This document shows positions 28,273 through 32,826 of a stretch of 32,826 bases of DNA, one piece after another. Below the pieces are notes generated by a model that was not told the origin of the DNA, made no database searches, and saw nothing but the letters and a program-made list of their open reading frames with translations. Position numbers and translations under genes: made by a program. This DNA comes from Balneola sp. Its GTDB lineage: Bacteria; Bacteroidota; Rhodothermia; Balneolales; Balneolaceae. The stretch is from assembly GCA_002730655.1 (NCBI GenBank), contig PCAT01000070.1, forward strand, positions 1 through 32,826, written 5' to 3'. The stretch's first letter is position 1, and each line of letters begins with the position of its first letter.

Positions 28273-30087
28273 ATGCAAGGAAACGGATTTAAAATAGGTC
28301 TAATAGCGGCCTTTTCTGCCTTAACACTTTACTATTTGTATCCAACCATTATTTGGAATTTGGAACAACGACAAATGAGTACCTTTAACGAAGAAGAACG
28401 TACTCAATATGAAATGGAATACGCTGAAAAACTATCCAACCTAAAAGAAAATATTCTTTCATTAGGCTTAGACTTACAAGGCGGGATGCATGTAACACTT
28501 GAAGTAGGCACACCTCAGCTCATTCTAGAACTTGCAGGTAGTAACCGTGATGCTGAGCTTGAAGTAGTAGTTCAGTTAGCTCAAAAAGTAGCCGAAGAGA
28601 GCGACACCGATTTCATCGATGAAATGCAACTTGAGTTTGAGAGAAGAGATGCAAATGCTAGACTAAGTCGCTTTTATCGTAGTGAATCTCAGGACATTAC
28701 GCGTCGCTCCACTAATGACGAAATTGTAGCTTTTCTAAAATTGCAACGAGATGCTGCATTAGATCGTGCAATCGAAATTATTCGTACCCGAGTTGATAGA
28801 TTCGGAGTCACCGAACCATCAATCGTAAAGCAAGGACAGAGTCGTATTGTGGTAGAATTACCTGGTGTGGATGACGAAGAACGAGTGCGAAATTTATTAA
28901 AGGGTACTGCCCGCTTAGAATTCCGAACTGGTGCAGATGCCCAAGATTTCTCTAATTTCAGAAATCGATCCATTGAGTATTACAATGTGGAAGTGGATAG
29001 TTCAGACAGTCTAAATCTAAGCGGACCAACTAATGAATTACTTAACAGAATGTCATTCATTCAAACTCAAAGCCCATATGTTTTTGGTTATGCAATGGCC
29101 GAAGATACCGCTATAATTATGGACTTACTAAGTACGTCCGATATACAACGATTAATGCCCAGAAATACAGTAATTTTGTGGGGTTCAAGACCAATCGAGT
29201 TTGAAGGTGGTTTAGAACAGTTTGCACTCTATGGAGTGCGTGACAATGCCGAACTTACCGGTGAAGTCATTGAAGAAGCTTCTATTCAGTTTGACCCAGC
29301 AACCAATGTTCCTGAAGTATCGATGGGTATGAATAGTGAAGGAGCAAGAATATGGAGTCGAATAACAGGAGCTAACATTGGCAAGCCTATCGCCATTGTA
29401 CTTGATGGATATGTAGTTTCCTATCCAAATGTATCCACCAAGATTAATGGTGGGAACTCCAGTATAACTGGCCTGGAAAATGTGGCTGAAGCAGAAGATT
29501 TAGTAAATATTTTATTATCAGGCGCTCTACCAGCCCCACTTCAAATTATGGAGGAGCGAACTGTGGGCGCTTCACTGGGTGAGAGTTCAATTCAAGCAGG
29601 CTTTCGATCAGTGTTAGTGGGACTATCTATTGTGGCAATTTTTATGATTATTTATTACCGAACCGGCGGTGGAGTTGCCGATTTAGCTCTTATGCTAAAT
29701 ATAATTTTCATCCTTGGCATTCTGGCAGGATTTAAAGCGACCTTAACATTACCTGGTATGGCAGGAATCGTACTAACTATAGGTATGGCGGTAGATGCTA
29801 ATGTGTTAATATTTGATCGAATACGAGAAGAACAACGTGGTGGTAAAACTATGAAAGCTGCAATTTCAGCAGGTTATTCTAACGCGATGAGTGCCATCAT
29901 TGATGCTAACGTAACTACTGGTTTTGTAGCCTTAATCCTAATGAGTTTTGGAGTAGGACCTATTAAAGGTTTTGCCGTTACCTTACTTGCGGGTATTGCA
30001 TGTTCACTATTCAGTGCCATAATTATTACACGCGTTGTCATAGACTACTTAACCCGCAATAACACAGAAGCAGTTAGCTTTGGTTAA
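28273..30087 (+). CDS. secD: Protein translocase subunit SecD
   Basis: It has an N-terminal TM helix, LGLDLQGG, a large periplasmic domain, and a C-terminal six-TM RND-like bundle (YYRTGG ... TLPGMAGIVLTIGMAVDANVLIFDRIREE). Length is 604 aa. Confidence 0.95.
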   Translation: MQGNGFKIGLIAAFSALTLYYLYPTIIWNLEQRQMSTFNEEERTQYEMEYAEKLSNLKENILSLGLDLQGGMHVTLEVGTPQLILELAGSNRDAELEVVVQLAQKVAEESDTDFIDEMQLEFERRDANARLSRFYRSESQDITRRSTNDEIVAFLKLQRDAALDRAIEIIRTRVDRFGVTEPSIVKQGQSRIVVELPGVDDEERVRNLLKGTARLEFRTGADAQDFSNFRNRSIEYYNVEVDSSDSLNLSGPTNELLNRMSFIQTQSPYVFGYAMAEDTAIIMDLLSTSDIQRLMPRNTVILWGSRPIEFEGGLEQFALYGVRDNAELTGEVIEEASIQFDPATNVPEVSMGMNSEGARIWSRITGANIGKPIAIVLDGYVVSYPNVSTKINGGNSSITGLENVAEAEDLVNILLSGALPAPLQIMEERTVGASLGESSIQAGFRSVLVGLSIVAIFMIIYYRTGGGVADLALMLNIIFILGILAGFKATLTLPGMAGIVLTIGMAVDANVLIFDRIREEQRGGKTMKAAISAGYSNAMSAIIDANVTTGFVALILMSFGVGPIKGFAVTLLAGIACSLFSAIIITRVVIDYLTRNNTEAVSFG

Positions 30088-30114
30088 TAATTTTTAAACA
30101 AAAAGGTACTTCTT

Positions 30115-31026
30115 ATGAGATGGTTTGAAACTCCCAATTTTGATTTTTTAGGCAAACGTAAAGTTGCCTATTCCCTTTCGGGTATTTTATTTGTGGCATC
30201 TTTAGCGATTATATTAACTAAGGGCTTACAATATGGAATAGACTTCCGTGGGGGGAAAGAATTCGTTTATGCATTCGATACTCAAGTAAATACACAAGAT
30301 ATTCGATCTTTCTTAAATGAACCTTTAGGTTCGTCACCTGAAGTGAAGCTATTTGGTTCGGACAGCGAAATACTAATCCGTACTGACAATGATCTCAGCA
30401 CTGATGAGGTACAAAACCTAATTGAGGATGCTATTAGCGCCAATATCAGTGGAGCAAGTTTTAGTATGGAAAAAAGCGATTCTATTGGCCCTAGATTTGC
30501 GGAGGATTTAAAAGGAGCTGCTGCACAGTCCGTCATATATGCGATTGTTATTATTTTTCTTTATATCCTTATACGATTTCGAAAGTGGACTTTTTCAGTG
30601 GGAGCAGTTGCTGCATTGGTTCATGATGTAGTTATCACTCTTGGTATTTTTACTTTATTAAGTGACTTAGTTTCCTTCAATCTATTAATCGATCAAAATA
30701 TCATTGCGGCATTCCTCACCATCGTGGGATACTCTCTCAATGATACAGTAGTTGTATTTGATAGAATCAGAGAAAATAAATTAGTCCATAAAGGAATGGA
30801 TACCATTGAAATGTTCAATAAAAGCCTAAACGATACGCTCAGTCGAACCGTAATTACTTCTTTAACTACTTTCTTTGTGGTTACAATTCTGTTTATATTC
30901 GGTGGAGAGGTCTTGAAAGGTTTATCATTTGCACTTATCATAGGCGTGATATTAGGTACCTATAGCTCGCTTTTTGTAGCAAGCCCTCTTGTACTTGAAT
31001 TAGACACAAAAAAAAACACTAAATAA
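30115..31026 (+). CDS. secF: Protein translocase subunit SecF
   Basis: GIDFRGG and the C-terminal TM bundle with GYSLNDTVVVFDRIREN fit SecF. Length is 303 aa, and it starts 27 nt after secD. Confidence 0.95.
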   Translation: MRWFETPNFDFLGKRKVAYSLSGILFVASLAIILTKGLQYGIDFRGGKEFVYAFDTQVNTQDIRSFLNEPLGSSPEVKLFGSDSEILIRTDNDLSTDEVQNLIEDAISANISGASFSMEKSDSIGPRFAEDLKGAAAQSVIYAIVIIFLYILIRFRKWTFSVGAVAALVHDVVITLGIFTLLSDLVSFNLLIDQNIIAAFLTIVGYSLNDTVVVFDRIRENKLVHKGMDTIEMFNKSLNDTLSRTVITSLTTFFVVTILFIFGGEVLKGLSFALIIGVILGTYSSLFVASPLVLELDTKKNTK

Positions 31027-31040
31027 ACCTTAGTATTATC

Positions 31041-31379
31041 ATGAGTTATCTAACATCAGAACGTTACAACTGCGTTGTCATACAATTTAAAGGCAATGTA
31101 ATGGGTGGGCCTGATGCGGTCAGTTTGAATGAAGAATTACATGCCTTAATTGATGTCAATAAGACCAACGTAATTGTTGATTTATCTAAGGTAAAGTTTA
31201 TGAATTCTTCTGGTTTAGGTATGCTTATTGGCGGTCTCACCACTATGAAAAAAGCGGGAGGTGACCTCCGTATTGCCAATGCAACCGATAAAATTGAAAG
31301 CCTGTTGGTCGTCACTAAACTCATCACCGTTTTTAAACATTTTCGTTCAGTGGATGAGGCGGTAGAGTCGTATAAGTAA
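31041..31379 (+). CDS. STAS-domain protein (anti-sigma-factor antagonist, SpoIIAA/RsbV-like)
   Basis: It is 112 aa. The context VIVDLSKVKFMNSSGLGMLIG contains the conserved phosphorylatable-Ser position, and the C-terminal LITVFKHFRSVDEAV is typical of STAS proteins. Confidence 0.85.
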   Translation: MSYLTSERYNCVVIQFKGNVMGGPDAVSLNEELHALIDVNKTNVIVDLSKVKFMNSSGLGMLIGGLTTMKKAGGDLRIANATDKIESLLVVTKLITVFKHFRSVDEAVESYK

Positions 31380-31414
31380 GAAGCTTAATTCTCCAAGCGA
31401 CTCCTCAGAGTTTG

Positions 31415-31449
31415 AAGGGGTGTAGCCACTTACACCCTTTTTTGTTTTT
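31415..31449 (+). terminator. Rho-independent terminator after the secD-secF-STAS unit
   Basis: A perfect 7-bp stem GGGTGTA/TACACCC (31418-31424 / 31431-31437) with a 6-nt loop, extendable by A:U/G:U pairs. It is followed by TTTTTTGTTTTT. Confidence 0.8.
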
Positions 31450-31470
31450 CTATTTTTATTGATCACTTAG

Positions 31471-32826
<1,356 letters not shown>

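Overview
This is a compact, almost fully coding, low-GC (about 40% by eye) bacterial chromosomal segment. I count 27 complete or partial protein genes I can support, one weak partial ORF at the 3' edge, and one tRNA. Nearly all are core housekeeping functions: hisS (5'-partial), an APC-family permease, lysA, an ABC-F ATPase, a VOC-fold protein, rnhA, pyrF, a membrane pyrophosphatase, pth, rplY, prs, tRNA-Gln, a pyrR-like gene, a DUF3078-like outer-membrane protein, a PLP decarboxylase, clpB, htrA, hsp20, a class II DAHP synthase, uvrA, secD, secF, a STAS protein and purA. The gene content and the tRNA-Gln-prs-rplY-pth synteny suggest an FCB-group (Bacteroidota/Balneolota-like) organism; this is inference only. 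I saw no rRNA, CRISPR array, transposase, integrase, phage, toxin-antitoxin or recognisable defence genes. I do not find convincing evidence for a novel multi-gene system; it reads as an ordinary core-genome region. The leads worth a second look are modest. (1) A truncated, catalytically degenerate aspartokinase-like ORF is kept open right after lysA. (2) An unrecognisable 237-aa ORF is coupled to the pyrophosphatase gene. (3) An amino-acid permease is fused to a His-less EIIA(Ntr)-like domain plus a TrkA-C domain. (4) The contiguous hsp20-htrA-clpB stress cluster has distinct inverted repeats in the clpB leader and in the hsp20-htrA spacer. (5) clpB and the decarboxylase gene converge and overlap, with both stop codons inside a perfect 7-bp palindrome. 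(6) There is an orphan secreted His/Gln-rich protein and a lone STAS gene next to secDF. All product calls come from motif recognition by eye, without database searches.
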